60,858 nucleotides of DNA from Candidatus Rokubacteria bacterium 13_1_40CM_68_15 (GCA_001917585.1 MNEG01000043.1:1-60858), one strand, 5' to 3'. Positions 1 to 10,334 are shown, numbered from the stretch's first letter. The notes: a model not told the origin generated them from the letters alone. Made by a program: numbers and translations.

Positions 1-318
1 CCCGATCCGCTGCTCGCGTATCTCGGCAAGTTCGGGCTCGGGAAGGGGACGATCCCGGCCGGAACCTATCCGCAGGCGACGAACGGCAAGGAGGCCGTCG
101 TCTCGGCGACGATGGGCACGACGATCACCGTGACGACGAAGATGGCGAACGACCTCGCCTACACGATCACGAAGACGCTCAACGACAACCCGGATCGCGT
201 ACGCAAGATCCACGGCAGCCTGGCCGACTACGACCCGGCCAAGGCGTATCTCTATCTCGGCGTTCCGCTTCATCCGGGCGCCGAGCGCTACTACCGTGAG
301 AAGGGGTACCTACGCTGA
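1..318 (+). CDS. TAXI family TRAP transporter solute-binding subunit (5' truncated by window edge)
   Basis: Open frame from window start: TIPAGTYP...DLAYTITKTL...GVPLHPGAERYYREKG, the typical TAXI C-terminus. A TAXI-type fused permease lies 2 kb downstream. Confidence 0.9.
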   Translation, partial: PDPLLAYLGKFGLGKGTIPAGTYPQATNGKEAVVSATMGTTITVTTKMANDLAYTITKTLNDNPDRVRKIHGSLADYDPAKAYLYLGVPLHPGAERYYREKGYLR

Positions 319-664
319 ATTCCGGGTATCTTTCTGGAGTGCACGGCGACCCGTGACTGTTTGCATTGCGGCAACGAGGAGTGACACGTCCTACGCCATC
401 GGGTAGTCGCAAAGAAGCTTGAGTCTCTGTGTAACCATTTCGTCGAACCGCCGTCTAATCGGCAGAGGGCACGTTCGTCTCCTGGTTTGTCGTCGCGGCG
501 GCATCAGCAGAACCCTGTTCTTCCACACATCTCGTGCCACGATATTGTCACGTCGGCGCAGGCCCGCCACGCTGTCAGGAAAAGGAGATTCTCCCCCTCC
601 TCTATCAGACCGCGAAATTGGTGATCCTATGTTCAAGTCTGCGGCTTCGGATCTCCCCTACGTA

Positions 665-680
665 TGGCATTTGGCGTGCA
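665..680 (+). promoter_or_regulatory. Putative sigma-54 (-24/-12) promoter of pilin gene
   Basis: TGGCATTTGGCGTGCA has GG(666-667)-N10-GC(678-679), 40 nt upstream of the pilin ATG. pilA genes are commonly RpoN-dependent. Confidence 0.6.
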
Positions 681-719
681 TCGCTTCGGCTTTCAGCCTC
701 GAAGGCAAAGGGGGACGCC

Positions 720-1133
720 ATGACGAGCTTCTGGCACAAGAGGCACTGCACGATGGGCAATCAGCGCGGCTTTACGCTCATCGAGCTGATGATCGTCGTC
801 GCGATCATCGGCATCCTGGCCGCCATCGCGGTTCCGCTCTACGCCAACATGCAGGCGCGGGCGCGGATCGCGAAGGCCCAGGCGGACATTCGCGGTCTCG
901 CGTCCGCCGTGTCGGTGTACACGGCGCACATGGGCACGCTGCCCAGCGTGCTCGATCTGCTGACGGCGATCGCCACGAGCCCGCAGAACATCACGGCCGG
1001 TCCGTTCATGGCCGCGATCCCGACGCCGCCCAGCACGGTCTGGGGCAGCGCGTACACCTACGCCATCAATGCGGCGATCGGCCTGTTCACGATCTCGGCC
1101 GCTGGCGACGGCGCCACCGTTTCCGCGCCGTAG
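720..1133 (+). CDS. Type IV pilin / pseudopilin (prepilin N-terminal cleavage/methylation domain)
   Basis: QRG|[22 protein letters not shown] class III signal with E5. Purine-rich RBS AAGGGGGA before ATG 720; alternative ATG at 753. Confidence 0.9.
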   Translation: MTSFWHKRHCTMGNQRGFTLIELMIVVAIIGILAAIAVPLYANMQARARIAKAQADIRGLASAVSVYTAHMGTLPSVLDLLTAIATSPQNITAGPFMAAIPTPPSTVWGSAYTYAINAAIGLFTISAAGDGATVSAP

Positions 1134-1149
1134 CAAGCGAGGAATGGGG

Positions 1150-1184
1150 GCCTCAGGAGGAGTTCCTTCCTCCTGAGGCTCTTT
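1150..1184 (+). terminator. Rho-independent terminator after pilin
   Basis: 12-bp stem GCCTCAGGAGGA/TCCTCCTGAGGC, 6-nt loop, followed by TCTTT. Confidence 0.7.
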
Positions 1185-1328
1185 CAAATAGCGCCGACCG
1201 TGATCGGCAGTTCGACGTGGCTCACCATCCTGGCCCGAACGATCGTAGGCCGGCGCTCACGAGAACCACCCGGCTCGCCGGATCTTCGTCCGCTCCCTCG
1301 AAAGCCCGCTTCAGCGTCGCCTCCCGCA

Positions 1329-1514
1329 TCACTTCAGCGCTGGTGACTGCATCTCACAGTCCGCACCGTCCGAATGCCACACGCCCCCGTCGCGCTGGCA
1401 CAGGGCTTGACGAATGGAGCCCGGGGACGCGCTGGGGCTCGACGACGAATAGCGCGCGCACCCGAAGAGCAAGGTCAGAATGGCGAAGGGGAGAAGTATC
1501 CTGCCGCTTCTCAT
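1329..1514 (-). CDS. Small putative lipoprotein (61 aa)
   Basis: Strong SD AAGGAGG. Signal peptide with lipobox LLFG-C; mature part has CQRDGGVW...C cysteine pair. Confidence 0.7.
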   Translation of the reverse strand: MRSGRILLPFAILTLLFGCARYSSSSPSASPGSIRQALCQRDGGVWHSDGADCEMQSPALK

Positions 1515-1599
1515 GACGGCAGCCTCCTTGTTGTCAGCGTCTCGTAGGCCGGCCCACGATCGCGTGGGCTCGCTGCACGCAGACGTTACGGGCGGGATA

Positions 1600-1893
1600 T
1601 CAGGCGAGCGGAGGCGCGCGACTGAGAGTGGAGGACAGCGGGAACAGTGGACGCTGGCCGACGTTTGCCCGCGTCACGAGAGCGACGACGGGGGCCACCG
1701 GGCGAGCCGACCACACGATGGCGGGCTGGATCGCACCCAGGTTGCTTGTGATCAACAGAACGACGTCGTCGAAGTCGGCATTGTCGTAGAGGCCGGGGAA
1801 CCACGACTGATCCGGCGGGCTGGCATGAGCGGCCGGCGGGAGCACCAGAATTGCCGCAGCCAGAAAAAGACCAACGAGGCGGCGCGGAATCAC
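1600..1893 (-). CDS. Small exported protein with C-terminal RAPP motif (candidate arrest/leader peptide)
   Basis: Signal peptide ending AHA, acidic core GLYDNADFDDVV, C-terminus LSRAPPLA. Confidence 0.6.
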   Translation of the reverse strand: MIPRRLVGLFLAAAILVLPPAAHASPPDQSWFPGLYDNADFDDVVLLITSNLGAIQPAIVWSARPVAPVVALVTRANVGQRPLFPLSSTLSRAPPLA

Positions 1894-2161
1894 GGCGCGA
1901 GACTAAATGAGCCTCGACGGCAAACGCAAGTAGGCCCGCGAGCAGGGTCCGTCCCGATAAAGCGTTCGATCAATCCCGGAATGTCGGGCGCGGGTTTCAG
2001 TTGAACCATCCGGCGGTGGCGCATCGCTTTCCGCCGCTCGAGCGCCCGCTTCAGCATCGCCTTCGCAAATCTAGCCAGGATTATTCACGACGGAATCGGC
2101 CAACGTTACCAGCAAACAATCAGTTGGCGTAACATCGGACGCCGTCGGATGGAGGTCGCCA

Positions 2162-2395
2162 ATGAAAAGGCTCGTCATGCTGCTCTGCGCGTGGATGCTC
2201 TGGGCGAGTACAGCGTCGGCTGAAGGCGCATGGGTGCTCTGGAGCACGACGATGAGCTATTGGTCACAGGCTATCGAGCCAGCGATCGTCTACCCGAAAG
2301 TCGCCACCCCGAGCTATGCAGAGTGCCGGGCTCAGGCGATCGCCGAACGCGATAGTTGGCCGGCGGCAGCTGCTACCGCGAGAAGGGCTCGCTGA
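2162..2395 (+). CDS. Small secreted hypothetical protein (possibly truncated)
   Basis: SD GGAGG; signal peptide MKRLVMLLCAWMLWASTASA followed by EGAWVLW. Confidence 0.5.
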   Translation: MKRLVMLLCAWMLWASTASAEGAWVLWSTTMSYWSQAIEPAIVYPKVATPSYAECRAQAIAERDSWPAAAATARRAR

Positions 2396-2407
2396 AGTAG
2401 GGAGCCG

Positions 2408-4288
2408 GTGCGCGAGCTCGCCGGCCCGACACGCTGGGGGGTTGCGGCATGGGCCGCCGCGGCGTCGCTCTTTCATCTGTATACCGCCGGCTATGGCGTC
2501 TTCGAGCCTCGCCTCCAGCGTTCGCTCCACCTCCTCTTCCTCGTCCCGCTGGTCTTCGTCCTCTATCCCTTCCGGATGTCGTCGCCCCGGCGCCGGCCGA
2601 GCGTCTGGGACTGGCTCTGGGCGGTCACGAGCGTCGTGGCGAGCGCGTACCTCATCTGGGACAGCGATCGCATCAATCACCGCTGGGAGGGCGCGAGCGA
2701 CGTCCTGCCGCGCGAGGTCCTGCTCGGCACCGTCATGGTGGCGCTCGTCGTCGAGGCGTGCCGCCGGTCGCTCTCCCGCTGGATGGCGGTCACGATCTCG
2801 GTGGCCCTCGTATACCTGGCGACGTGCCAGTGGTTCCCGGGCGCCTTCCACTACAAGGGCTTCACCTATCCGCGAATGATCGAGCTGCTCTACCTGGGAG
2901 GCGACGACGGGATGTATGGCTTCCTCACCGGGATCTCGAGCAACATCCTGTTCATCTACGTGCTGTTCGGAGCCGTGCTGATGAAGGCGGGGGTGGGAAC
3001 CTTCCTGATCGCCCTGGCCGAGCGCACGACCGGGTGGATGCGCGGCGGGCCGGCCAAGACCGCCGTCGTGGGGTCCGCGCTCTTCGGGACCATCAGCGGC
3101 AGCACGGTCGCCAACGTCTATGCCACCGGCTCGTTCACGATCCCGCTCATGAAGCGAGGCGGCTACCCGGCGAAGACGGCAGCCGCCATCGAGGCCATCG
3201 CGGGCACCGGCGGCCAGATCATGCCACCGGTCATGGGCGCCGGCGCTTTCATCATGTCGGAGATGACGAACGTGCCGTACTTCGAAGTCGCGAAGGCGGC
3301 GGCCATTCCGGCCATCCTGTACTACGTCGGCCTGATGGCCATGGTGCACTTCCTCGCCGTCCGGCATGGCCTGCAGCCCCGGCCGCGCAGCGAGCTGCCG
3401 GGGTGGGGGGCGATCCTTCGTCGCGCCTACCTCGCCCTGCCGTTCGTGGCGATCGTGTACTTCCTCGCCGCCGGCTATTCCCCGACCGGGGCCGCGTTCT
3501 ACGTGATCGTCATCACCGTCGCCCTGTCCTTCCTCGATCGGCGGACGTGGATGACGCCGCGCCGGTGCCTCGAGGCACTGGTCGAGGGCGCGGCCAGCGC
3601 GGCCACCATCGCGGTCGCCCTGGCCGGCTCAGGCATGATCGTGGGCGTCCTGACCCGCACGGGCTCGGCGCTCGCGTTCGGGGGCGCCGTGCTCTCGGCA
3701 TCGATGGGGAGCTTGCTGATCGCAATGATCCTGATCTTCCTGGTCGTGAGTGTGCTGGGGACCGGTATCCCGACCACCGCGGCCTACGTGATCTCGGTCG
3801 TCGTCGGGGCGGGGGCCATGGGTGGCCTGGGGGTGCCCGTCCTGGCTGCCCACCTGTTCGTGTTCTACTACGCCGTCCTGTCCGATCTCACGCCGCCGGA
3901 CGCCGTCACCGCGTTCGCCGCTGCGAACATTGCTGGCTCGGAGATGATGGCGACCGGCCTCGAGGCGTTTCGTCTCGGCATCGCGGGCTTCCTGGTGCCC
4001 TTCGCCTTCGTGTTCCATCCCGAGCTCCTGCTGCGAGGGACGTGGACGGAGATCCTCGCGATGTCGGCCTTCGCGGCCATCTCCGCGGTCGCCCTGGCCG
4101 CCGCGATCGTGGGGCAGGCCGCGGGGCGGCTCCTCGGCTGGGAGCGGTTTCTGGCGCTCGGCACGGCCGGGCTCATGGTCGCCCGGGACGCGCGGCTGCA
4201 GGTTGCCGGGGCGCTGGTGTTCGCTGCCCTGGTGGCCTGGAGCGCTCGCCGCCGTTCCCTAACCGCCGTTGCGCCAGCTGGGGGTTAG
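2408..4288 (+). CDS. TRAP transporter 4TM/12TM fused permease (TAXI-type)
   Basis: GGPAKTAVVGSALFGTISGS, GGQIMPPVMGAGAFIM, GIPTTAAY, DLTPP motifs; highly hydrophobic. Confidence 0.95.
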   Translation: MRELAGPTRWGVAAWAAAASLFHLYTAGYGVFEPRLQRSLHLLFLVPLVFVLYPFRMSSPRRRPSVWDWLWAVTSVVASAYLIWDSDRINHRWEGASDVLPREVLLGTVMVALVVEACRRSLSRWMAVTISVALVYLATCQWFPGAFHYKGFTYPRMIELLYLGGDDGMYGFLTGISSNILFIYVLFGAVLMKAGVGTFLIALAERTTGWMRGGPAKTAVVGSALFGTISGSTVANVYATGSFTIPLMKRGGYPAKTAAAIEAIAGTGGQIMPPVMGAGAFIMSEMTNVPYFEVAKAAAIPAILYYVGLMAMVHFLAVRHGLQPRPRSELPGWGAILRRAYLALPFVAIVYFLAAGYSPTGAAFYVIVITVALSFLDRRTWMTPRRCLEALVEGAASAATIAVALAGSGMIVGVLTRTGSALAFGGAVLSASMGSLLIAMILIFLVVSVLGTGIPTTAAYVISVVVGAGAMGGLGVPVLAAHLFVFYYAVLSDLTPPDAVTAFAAANIAGSEMMATGLEAFRLGIAGFLVPFAFVFHPELLLRGTWTEILAMSAFAAISAVALAAAIVGQAAGRLLGWERFLALGTAGLMVARDARLQVAGALVFAALVAWSARRRSLTAVAPAGG

Positions 4289-4336
4289 CCAGAATTCCTT
4301 AACCCCATACGGCCCTGACGGTAGTTAGATAGCTCC

Positions 4337-4933
4337 GTGGCCCACGCGTGGACGGCCGGTCGCCTCTGCCTCGATTTCGCCAACAGTACCCGGCTCTCGA
4401 CGTATGCCGACCTGGCGGCATGGGCGGGCGGTGCGGGAGCGGTCCCGCCCGCGCTGGCCCGCGCCCTCGCCAGGGCGGGACGACGTCGTCCGGCAGCGGC
4501 GTCCGCCGCCCTCGGCCGAGCTCAGGCCTTGAGATCTGCGATTGCCGCCGTGATGGCGTCGGTGGCCGAGCGCCGGCCGCCCCCGCCCCGCGCGCTCGAG
4601 GACCTCAATGAAGCGCTCGCCGAGACACTCGGCCGCACCCGCATCGTCAGGCGAGGCCCCAGCTTCGCCTGGGACTGGAAGACCGGCGGTGACGCGCTCG
4701 ATCGGCTGCTGTGGCCGGTGATCCGTTCCGCTGCCGAGGTCCTGACGTCGAGCGACGTCGCCGCCGTCCGGGCTTGCGCTGGATATGCCTGCGGCCGCCT
4801 GTTCCTCGACGGCAGCCGCAACGGCAGCCGGCGATGGTGCGACATGGCCGTCTGCGGCAACCGTGCGAAGGTGCGGCGTCACTACGCGAGGAGTCGATCC
4901 AGGAGGGCGCGGTCGGCCGGCGGGAAGTCGTAG
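4337..4933 (+). CDS. ABATE / CGNR zinc-finger domain protein
   Basis: LCLDFANS N-terminus; C-x4-C...LFLDGSRNGSRRWCDMAVCGNRAKVRRH. Confidence 0.9.
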   Translation: MAHAWTAGRLCLDFANSTRLSTYADLAAWAGGAGAVPPALARALARAGRRRPAAASAALGRAQALRSAIAAVMASVAERRPPPPRALEDLNEALAETLGRTRIVRRGPSFAWDWKTGGDALDRLLWPVIRSAAEVLTSSDVAAVRACAGYACGRLFLDGSRNGSRRWCDMAVCGNRAKVRRHYARSRSRRARSAGGKS

Positions 4934-5268
4934 TCCATGAGGCGCGCGGGTTCGACCCACGCCATGGCCTGGCCTTCGCGCGGCTCGATCGTCCCGGATT
5001 CGAGGTGGCACTCGTAGAAACGGAGAACGACCTGGCGGTCGGGGTACTCCCAGCGTACGGTCTCCACCAGCTTGCCGATCGTGAAGGTCGCGGACAGTTC
5101 CTCGGTCAGCTCGCGACGCAGACACTCCTCGAAGCTTTCCTGTGGCTCACGCTTGCCCCCGGGGAACTCCCAGAGACCTTCGAGATGCGAGCCGGACCGG
5201 CGCTGGGTGATCAGGTACCGGCCCGCCGCGTCCCGGATCAGCGCCGCCGCGACTTCGATGACGAGCAC
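4882..5268 (-). CDS. MutT/NudG-like Nudix (d)NTP pyrophosphohydrolase
   Basis: VAAALIRD...GLWEFPGGKREPQESFEECLRRELTEEL Nudix box; FPPAD C-terminus; GTG start at 5268 is an estimate. Confidence 0.85.
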   Translation of the reverse strand: MLVIEVAAALIRDAAGRYLITQRRSGSHLEGLWEFPGGKREPQESFEECLRRELTEELSATFTIGKLVETVRWEYPDRQVVLRFYECHLESGTIEPREGQAMAWVEPARLMDYDFPPADRALLDRLLA

Positions 5269-5927
5269 GACACCACGGGATAGCTGGCGCAGAAGCGCTT
5301 CATTGGGCATGGCGTGCAGTGCGGAGCTCTGGGCGAGCACCACGTTGCGCCGAAGTCCATGAGAGCCTGGTTGAAGTCGTAGGCGCGGCCCGGCGGCACG
5401 AGCGCTTCGGCCAGATCCCAGTACGCCTTCTCGCCGCGAAGACGTCGCGCCCGGCGGGGTCCGATGAAGACGCGTGAGAGGACGCGACGGACATTCGTGT
5501 CGAGGATGGCGGCGTCCTGACCGTAGGCAAAGGACAGCACCGCGCCAGCGGTGTAGCGGCCGATGCCGGGAAGGTTGCGGAGGCCTCCCGCGGTGTCAGG
5601 CAGCCGGCCGCCGTAGCGGGCAACCGTCTCGCGCGCGATCTGGTGCAGGCGGACGGGCCGGATGTTGTAGCCGAGCGGGTACCAGAGCCGGCGAACGTCG
5701 CGGGCTCGAGCGCTGGCAAGGTCCTCGAGCGTGGGATACCGCTCGAGAAACTGGTGATACTTCGGTACGACACGATCGACCTGCGTCTGCTGGAGCATGA
5801 TCTCGGAGACGAGCACGCGGTAGGGATCGCGCGTGCGTCGCCAGGGAAGATCACGACCGTGCCGCGCGTACCAGGCCAGCAGTCGGCGCTGAAATGCGCG
5901 CACGACGCGCCGGTCTGGCTTGACCAC
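5238..5927 (-). CDS. mutY: A/G-specific adenine glycosylase (short form without C-terminal domain)
   Basis: RDLPWRRT, VSEIMLQQTQV, HhH LPGIGRYTA, DTNVRRVL, NQALMDFGATWC, 4Fe-4S C-x6-C-x2-C-x5-C. Confidence 0.9.
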   Translation of the reverse strand: MVKPDRRVVRAFQRRLLAWYARHGRDLPWRRTRDPYRVLVSEIMLQQTQVDRVVPKYHQFLERYPTLEDLASARARDVRRLWYPLGYNIRPVRLHQIARETVARYGGRLPDTAGGLRNLPGIGRYTAGAVLSFAYGQDAAILDTNVRRVLSRVFIGPRRARRLRGEKAYWDLAEALVPPGRAYDFNQALMDFGATWCSPRAPHCTPCPMKRFCASYPVVSCSSSKSRRR

Positions 5928-5941
5928 GCGCGGAGTCTAGC

Positions 5942-6976
5942 ATGCCCCTCCTGGAGCGGTACCATCCCGTCGTGGGGCGGTACAATGTCCGCATGCCAGA
6001 TCCCGCCGCGGAGTATGAAGCCGTGCGTCACCGCGTCGGCCTCATCGATCGCAGCGACCTCGGCGTCGTCGAGGTGACGGGCCGTGATCGCGCCAGCTTC
6101 CTGCACGCGATGCTGAGCAACGACGTCAAGTCGCTCTCCGCTGGCCGAGGCGCCACCGCCGCCTTTCTCGACGTCCAGGGCAAGGTTCAGACGCTCGTGA
6201 CGATCTGGGCCCTGGAGGATCGGCTCGTTCTCCTCACGCCTCCCGGCGAAGGCGCCAAGACGATCCAGGCCCTCGATCACTACCTCTTCTCCGAGAAGGC
6301 GTACTTCAAGGACGTGACGGGCGAGATGGCGCTCTTGATGCTCGCCGGTCCCGAGGCTATCGCGCTCGCAGAGCGCCTGGCCGGCGTCACGGTTCCGGAG
6401 ACAGCGTGGGGCAACGTCGACGCCCGCGTTGCCGACGTCGACGTGAGACTGGTGAGGGGCGGCACGGAAACGGGCGAGGCCGAGGTCTGGGTCGCGGCGG
6501 CCACTGCCGACGGCGAGCGCTTGCGCGCGGCGCTGGTCGAGAGCGGGGCGATGCCGATCGGTCGCGCCGCGTGGGAGTCACTTCGCATCGAAGCGGGAAC
6601 GCCGACCTACGGGAGCGACGTCGACACGACCGTGCTCCTGCCCGAGATCCCGATCGAGCACCTCGTCTCTCACACCAAGGGCTGCTACATCGGTCAGGAA
6701 GTCGTGGTGCGGATCCGTGACCGCGGCCACGTCAATCGCCATCTGCGCGGTCTCGTCATCGACGGCTCCACCACGCCGGCGGTGGGCGCGCCGGTGGTGG
6801 CCGCCGGCGCCGAGGCCGGGCGGGTCACCAGCGCCGCCTGGTCGTTCGGACTGCACCACCCGATCGCGCTGGCTTTCATCCGGCGCCAGCACGCCGACCC
6901 GGGAACGCCGGTCACCGTGCGAGCCGACGGTGCGGAGCTCGCGGCGACGGTCTCGGCGTTGCCGTTCACCCGCTGA
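5942..6976 (+). CDS. YgfZ/GcvT family folate-binding protein
   Basis: [30 protein letters not shown] signature. Confidence 0.9.
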   Translation: MPLLERYHPVVGRYNVRMPDPAAEYEAVRHRVGLIDRSDLGVVEVTGRDRASFLHAMLSNDVKSLSAGRGATAAFLDVQGKVQTLVTIWALEDRLVLLTPPGEGAKTIQALDHYLFSEKAYFKDVTGEMALLMLAGPEAIALAERLAGVTVPETAWGNVDARVADVDVRLVRGGTETGEAEVWVAAATADGERLRAALVESGAMPIGRAAWESLRIEAGTPTYGSDVDTTVLLPEIPIEHLVSHTKGCYIGQEVVVRIRDRGHVNRHLRGLVIDGSTTPAVGAPVVAAGAEAGRVTSAAWSFGLHHPIALAFIRRQHADPGTPVTVRADGAELAATVSALPFTR

Positions 6977-6989
6977 CCCCGGGAGCCAC

Positions 6990-9005
6990 GTGGCCAATCG
7001 CCTCGCCAACGAGACCAGTCCTTACCTGCTCCAGCACGCTCACAATCCCGTGGACTGGTTTCCGTGGGGTGACGAGGCATTCGCCAAGGCGAAGAGCGAG
7101 GACAAGCCGATTCTCCTCTCGGTCGGGTACTCGGCGTGTCACTGGTGTCACGTGATGGAGCGCGAGTCGTTCGAAGACCAGGACGTCGCCCGGCTCATGA
7201 ACCAGCACTTCGTCAGCGTGAAGGTCGATCGGGAGGAGCGCCCGGACGTCGACCACATCTACATGCAAGCGGTGCAGTCCATGACGGGCCACGGCGGCTG
7301 GCCGATGACCGTCTTCCTCACGCCCGAGGGCGCGCCCTTTTACGGCGGCACGTACTTCCCCCCCACGCCTCGGCATGGACTGCCATCGTTTCCCCAGCTC
7401 CTGCACGCCATCGCGGACGCCTGGAGCACGCGTCCGGCCGAGGTCCTGGCGTCATCGGAAAAGTTCACCGCCGAGCTGAACCGCGGCGGCCAGCTCCGAG
7501 GCGCCGTGCAGCTCCTGAGCGACGACATCCTGTTCAGGGCCTTCCAGGCGATCTCCGGCCAATTCGACGAGGCCGAAGGCGGCCTGGGCGGGGCACCGAA
7601 GTTTCCCCAGCCGATGATCTGGGAGTTCGTGCTGCGCTTCTGGAAGCGCACCGGCAACGACTTCGCGCGGAGCATGGTCCAGAAGACGCTCACGAAGATG
7701 GCCCGGGGCGGGATGTACGACCAGCTCGGCGGCGGATTCCACCGCTACTCGGTGGATGCCCACTGGTTGGTGCCCCACTTCGAGAAGATGCTCTACGACA
7801 ACGCGCAGCTCGCCACGCTCTACCTCCACGGCTGGCAGGCGTTCGGCGACGACGAGTACCGTCGCATCTGCGAAGAGACGCTCGACTACGTGCTGCGCGA
7901 GATGCGTGGCTCGGCCGGGGGCTTCTACTCCGCCCAGGACGCAGACTCCGAGGGCGAGGAAGGGAAGTTCTTCGTCTGGACGGCCAGCGAGATCCGGGCT
8001 GCGCTCGGGCCCGACGCCGACGCTGCGCTCGCCTACTGGGGTGTGGATCGCGGGCCGAACTTCGAGGGTGGCAAGAGCATCCTCTGGGTTCCCGGCGAGT
8101 CGGCGCCCGAGAAGATCGCGAAGGCGCGCCAGAAGCTCTATGCGATCCGCGAGGAACGGGTGCCACCCGCCTGCGACGACAAGGTGCTGGCCGCGTGGAA
8201 CGGCCTGGTCGCCCGCGCGTTCGCCGAGGCCGGAGCCGCGCTGCGGCGCGATGACTACGTGGCGGCCGCGGCGGCCAACGCCAATTTCATCCTGACCCGG
8301 ATGCGTGACAGCAGCGGGCGGCTCCTCCGAACCTGGAAGGACGGGCAGGCCAAGCTCAAGGCGTACCTCGAGGATTACTCGATGGTGGCGGCCGCGCTCG
8401 TCAGCCTCTACGAAGCGACGTTCGAGCGCCACTGGCTCGACGACGCCCGACGGCTCGCCGACGAGATCCTGCGACTCTTCTGGGACGACGCGATCGAGGG
8501 TTTCTACGATACCGGCAGCGACCACGAACGACTGATCGTGCGGCCACGGAATCTCTTCGACAACGCCGTGCCGTCGGGAAGCTCCGTGGCCATCGAGACC
8601 TTGTTGCGGCTGAAGGTGCTGACGGGCGAGGCGCGGTACGAGGCCAAGGCACTCGCTGCCCTGCGGGCGATGGCCGATCTCATGTCGCGGCATCCAAGCG
8701 GGTTCGGGCGCTTCCTCTGCGCCCACGACTTCAACCTCGGTCCCGTCGTCGAGATCGCGGTCGTGGTGCCGCGCCGCGACGGCGGCCGCGAAGAACTCAT
8801 GCGCGAGATCTTCGGCCGCTATCTGCCGAACCGCGTCGTGGCCGGCACCACGGACGGCGATCACGCCGGCGCCGCCGGAGTTCCGCTGCTCGAAGGCCGG
8901 CGCGCCGTGGACGGTCGCGCGACCGTCTTCGTCTGTCGGAACTACGCCTGCGAGCTTCCGGCGACCGACGTCGCCACGCTGGGGCGCCAGCTCAGCGGCG
9001 TCTGA
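6990..9005 (+). CDS. Thioredoxin-domain protein, YyaL/SSP411 family
   Basis: [54 protein letters not shown]. Confidence 0.95.
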   Translation: MANRLANETSPYLLQHAHNPVDWFPWGDEAFAKAKSEDKPILLSVGYSACHWCHVMERESFEDQDVARLMNQHFVSVKVDREERPDVDHIYMQAVQSMTGHGGWPMTVFLTPEGAPFYGGTYFPPTPRHGLPSFPQLLHAIADAWSTRPAEVLASSEKFTAELNRGGQLRGAVQLLSDDILFRAFQAISGQFDEAEGGLGGAPKFPQPMIWEFVLRFWKRTGNDFARSMVQKTLTKMARGGMYDQLGGGFHRYSVDAHWLVPHFEKMLYDNAQLATLYLHGWQAFGDDEYRRICEETLDYVLREMRGSAGGFYSAQDADSEGEEGKFFVWTASEIRAALGPDADAALAYWGVDRGPNFEGGKSILWVPGESAPEKIAKARQKLYAIREERVPPACDDKVLAAWNGLVARAFAEAGAALRRDDYVAAAAANANFILTRMRDSSGRLLRTWKDGQAKLKAYLEDYSMVAAALVSLYEATFERHWLDDARRLADEILRLFWDDAIEGFYDTGSDHERLIVRPRNLFDNAVPSGSSVAIETLLRLKVLTGEARYEAKALAALRAMADLMSRHPSGFGRFLCAHDFNLGPVVEIAVVVPRRDGGREELMREIFGRYLPNRVVAGTTDGDHAGAAGVPLLEGRRAVDGRATVFVCRNYACELPATDVATLGRQLSGV

Positions 9006-9714
9006 GCGGATCGTCGACCCCGGCCTCGGCGAACCCCTTCTGGCGCAAGATGCAGGCATCGCAGACGCCACAGGGCTGATGATCCGGCCCCGGATCGTAA
9101 CAGCTCCAGGTCAGCGCGAGATCCACGCCCAGCTCACGAGCCCTGCGCACGATCTCGGCCTTGCCAAGCCGGATGAGCGGCGTGTGGATCGAGAACCGGC
9201 TCCGTTTCTCGACGCCGGCCTTCGTGGCCAGGTTCGCCATCACCTCGAAGGCGTGCACGTACTCGGGACGGCAGTCCGGGTAACCCGAGCTATCGAGGAC
9301 GTTCACGCCGATGAAGATGTCCTCGGCGCTCAGCGTCTCCGCCCACGCCAGCGCCAGCGACAGGAAGACGGTGTTGCGGGCCGGGACGTAGGTCACGGGG
9401 ATGTCCGTCATCGCGGCAGGCCGTCGGCCCTGGGGCAGGGCGACATCCGCGGTCAGGGCCGAGCCGCCGAAGCGACGAAGATCGACGGCGAGCACCACGT
9501 GATCACGCGCGCCGAGCGCGGCGGCCACGCGCGCGGCAGCGGCCAGCTCCACGCGGTGCCGCTGGCCGTAGTCGATGGTCAAGGCGTAGCAGGCGAACCC
9601 ATCGGCGCGCGCGCCGGCCATCACCGTCGTCGAGTCGAGGCCGCCGCTCAGCAGCACGACGGCCCGCCTGCCGTCCGCGACAGGATCGCGTTCGGATTCG
9701 CGCGTGACTTGCAT
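8992..9714 (-). CDS. queC: 7-cyano-7-deazaguanine synthase
   Basis: [35 protein letters not shown]...CGVCDAC. Confidence 0.95.
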   Translation of the reverse strand: MQVTRESERDPVADGRRAVVLLSGGLDSTTVMAGARADGFACYALTIDYGQRHRVELAAAARVAAALGARDHVVLAVDLRRFGGSALTADVALPQGRRPAAMTDIPVTYVPARNTVFLSLALAWAETLSAEDIFIGVNVLDSSGYPDCRPEYVHAFEVMANLATKAGVEKRSRFSIHTPLIRLGKAEIVRRARELGVDLALTWSCYDPGPDHQPCGVCDACILRQKGFAEAGVDDPLRRR

Positions 9715-9766
9715 CCACCGTCATCGTAGCCACTGACCAATAACCCCGCAACGTCGGAGGTGAATC

Positions 9767-10156
9767 ATGCCCGCCCACACGCAGATCCGCGCTCCGGGCC
9801 TCAGTGAGCCCATCAGCCATTATTCGGACGCCGTTCGGGCGGGTCACACCATCTATATCTCCGGACAGGCCAGTCTGGACGCCGACGGCCGGCTGGTCGG
9901 CCGGGGCGACGTCGTGGCCCAGACGCGCAAGGTGCTCGACAACATGAAGCTCGTGCTCGCCGCGGCCGGCGGGACGCTCGACGACGTGGTCAAGGTGACG
10001 GTCTATCTCGGCAACGTGGACGAGCGGCCCAAGGTCAACCAGGTCCGCCAGGAGTACTTCGGCGCCAACAGGCCGGCCAGCACCCTGATCGAGATCAGCC
10101 GGTTCGCCATGGACGGCATGCTCATCGAGATCGAGGCCGTGGCCGTCGTGCGATGA
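9767..10156 (+). CDS. RidA/YjgF family protein
   Basis: HYSDAVRAG..IYISGQ, DVVKVTVY, RPAST, IEIEAVA. Confidence 0.9.
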   Translation: MPAHTQIRAPGLSEPISHYSDAVRAGHTIYISGQASLDADGRLVGRGDVVAQTRKVLDNMKLVLAAAGGTLDDVVKVTVYLGNVDERPKVNQVRQEYFGANRPASTLIEISRFAMDGMLIEIEAVAVVR

Positions 10157-10179
10157 CCGGCGGTGGTATACTCCGTTCG

Positions 10180-10268
10180 TCGTCGTGGGGGGAGGATTCC
10201 TGAGAACCGGGTGCGGCCCGGGACCCCTCGAACCTGATCTGGATAATCCCAGCGAAGGGAACACGGCG
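10180..10268 (+). ncRNA. TPP (THI-box) riboswitch
   Basis: GGGG...CTGAGA...ACCC.TCGAACCTGATCTGGATAATCCCAGCGAAGGGA core, directly upstream of thiS-thiG-thiE. Confidence 0.92.
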
Positions 10269-10274
10269 CCAGAC

Positions 10275-10317
10275 ACGGCCGCACCCGCTTTGTGGGCGCG
10301 GTCGTTTTGTTTTTTTG
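10275..10317 (+). terminator. Riboswitch expression-platform terminator
   Basis: Stem ACGGCCGCACCCGC/GTGGGCGCGGTCGT followed by a long T-run, between aptamer and thiS RBS. Confidence 0.75.
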
Positions 10318-10334
10318 GCCACCGGAGGGTCGGT

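Noticed and set aside
330-660. c-di-GMP riboswitch upstream of the pilin
   Set aside because: GCAAAG is present but the P1/P2/P3 architecture could not be assembled, and the region lies upstream of the likely sigma-54 promoter.
1225-1329. Enoyl-CoA hydratase-like remnant on the minus strand (AFEGADEDPASRVVLV)
   Set aside because: Too short and weak to support.
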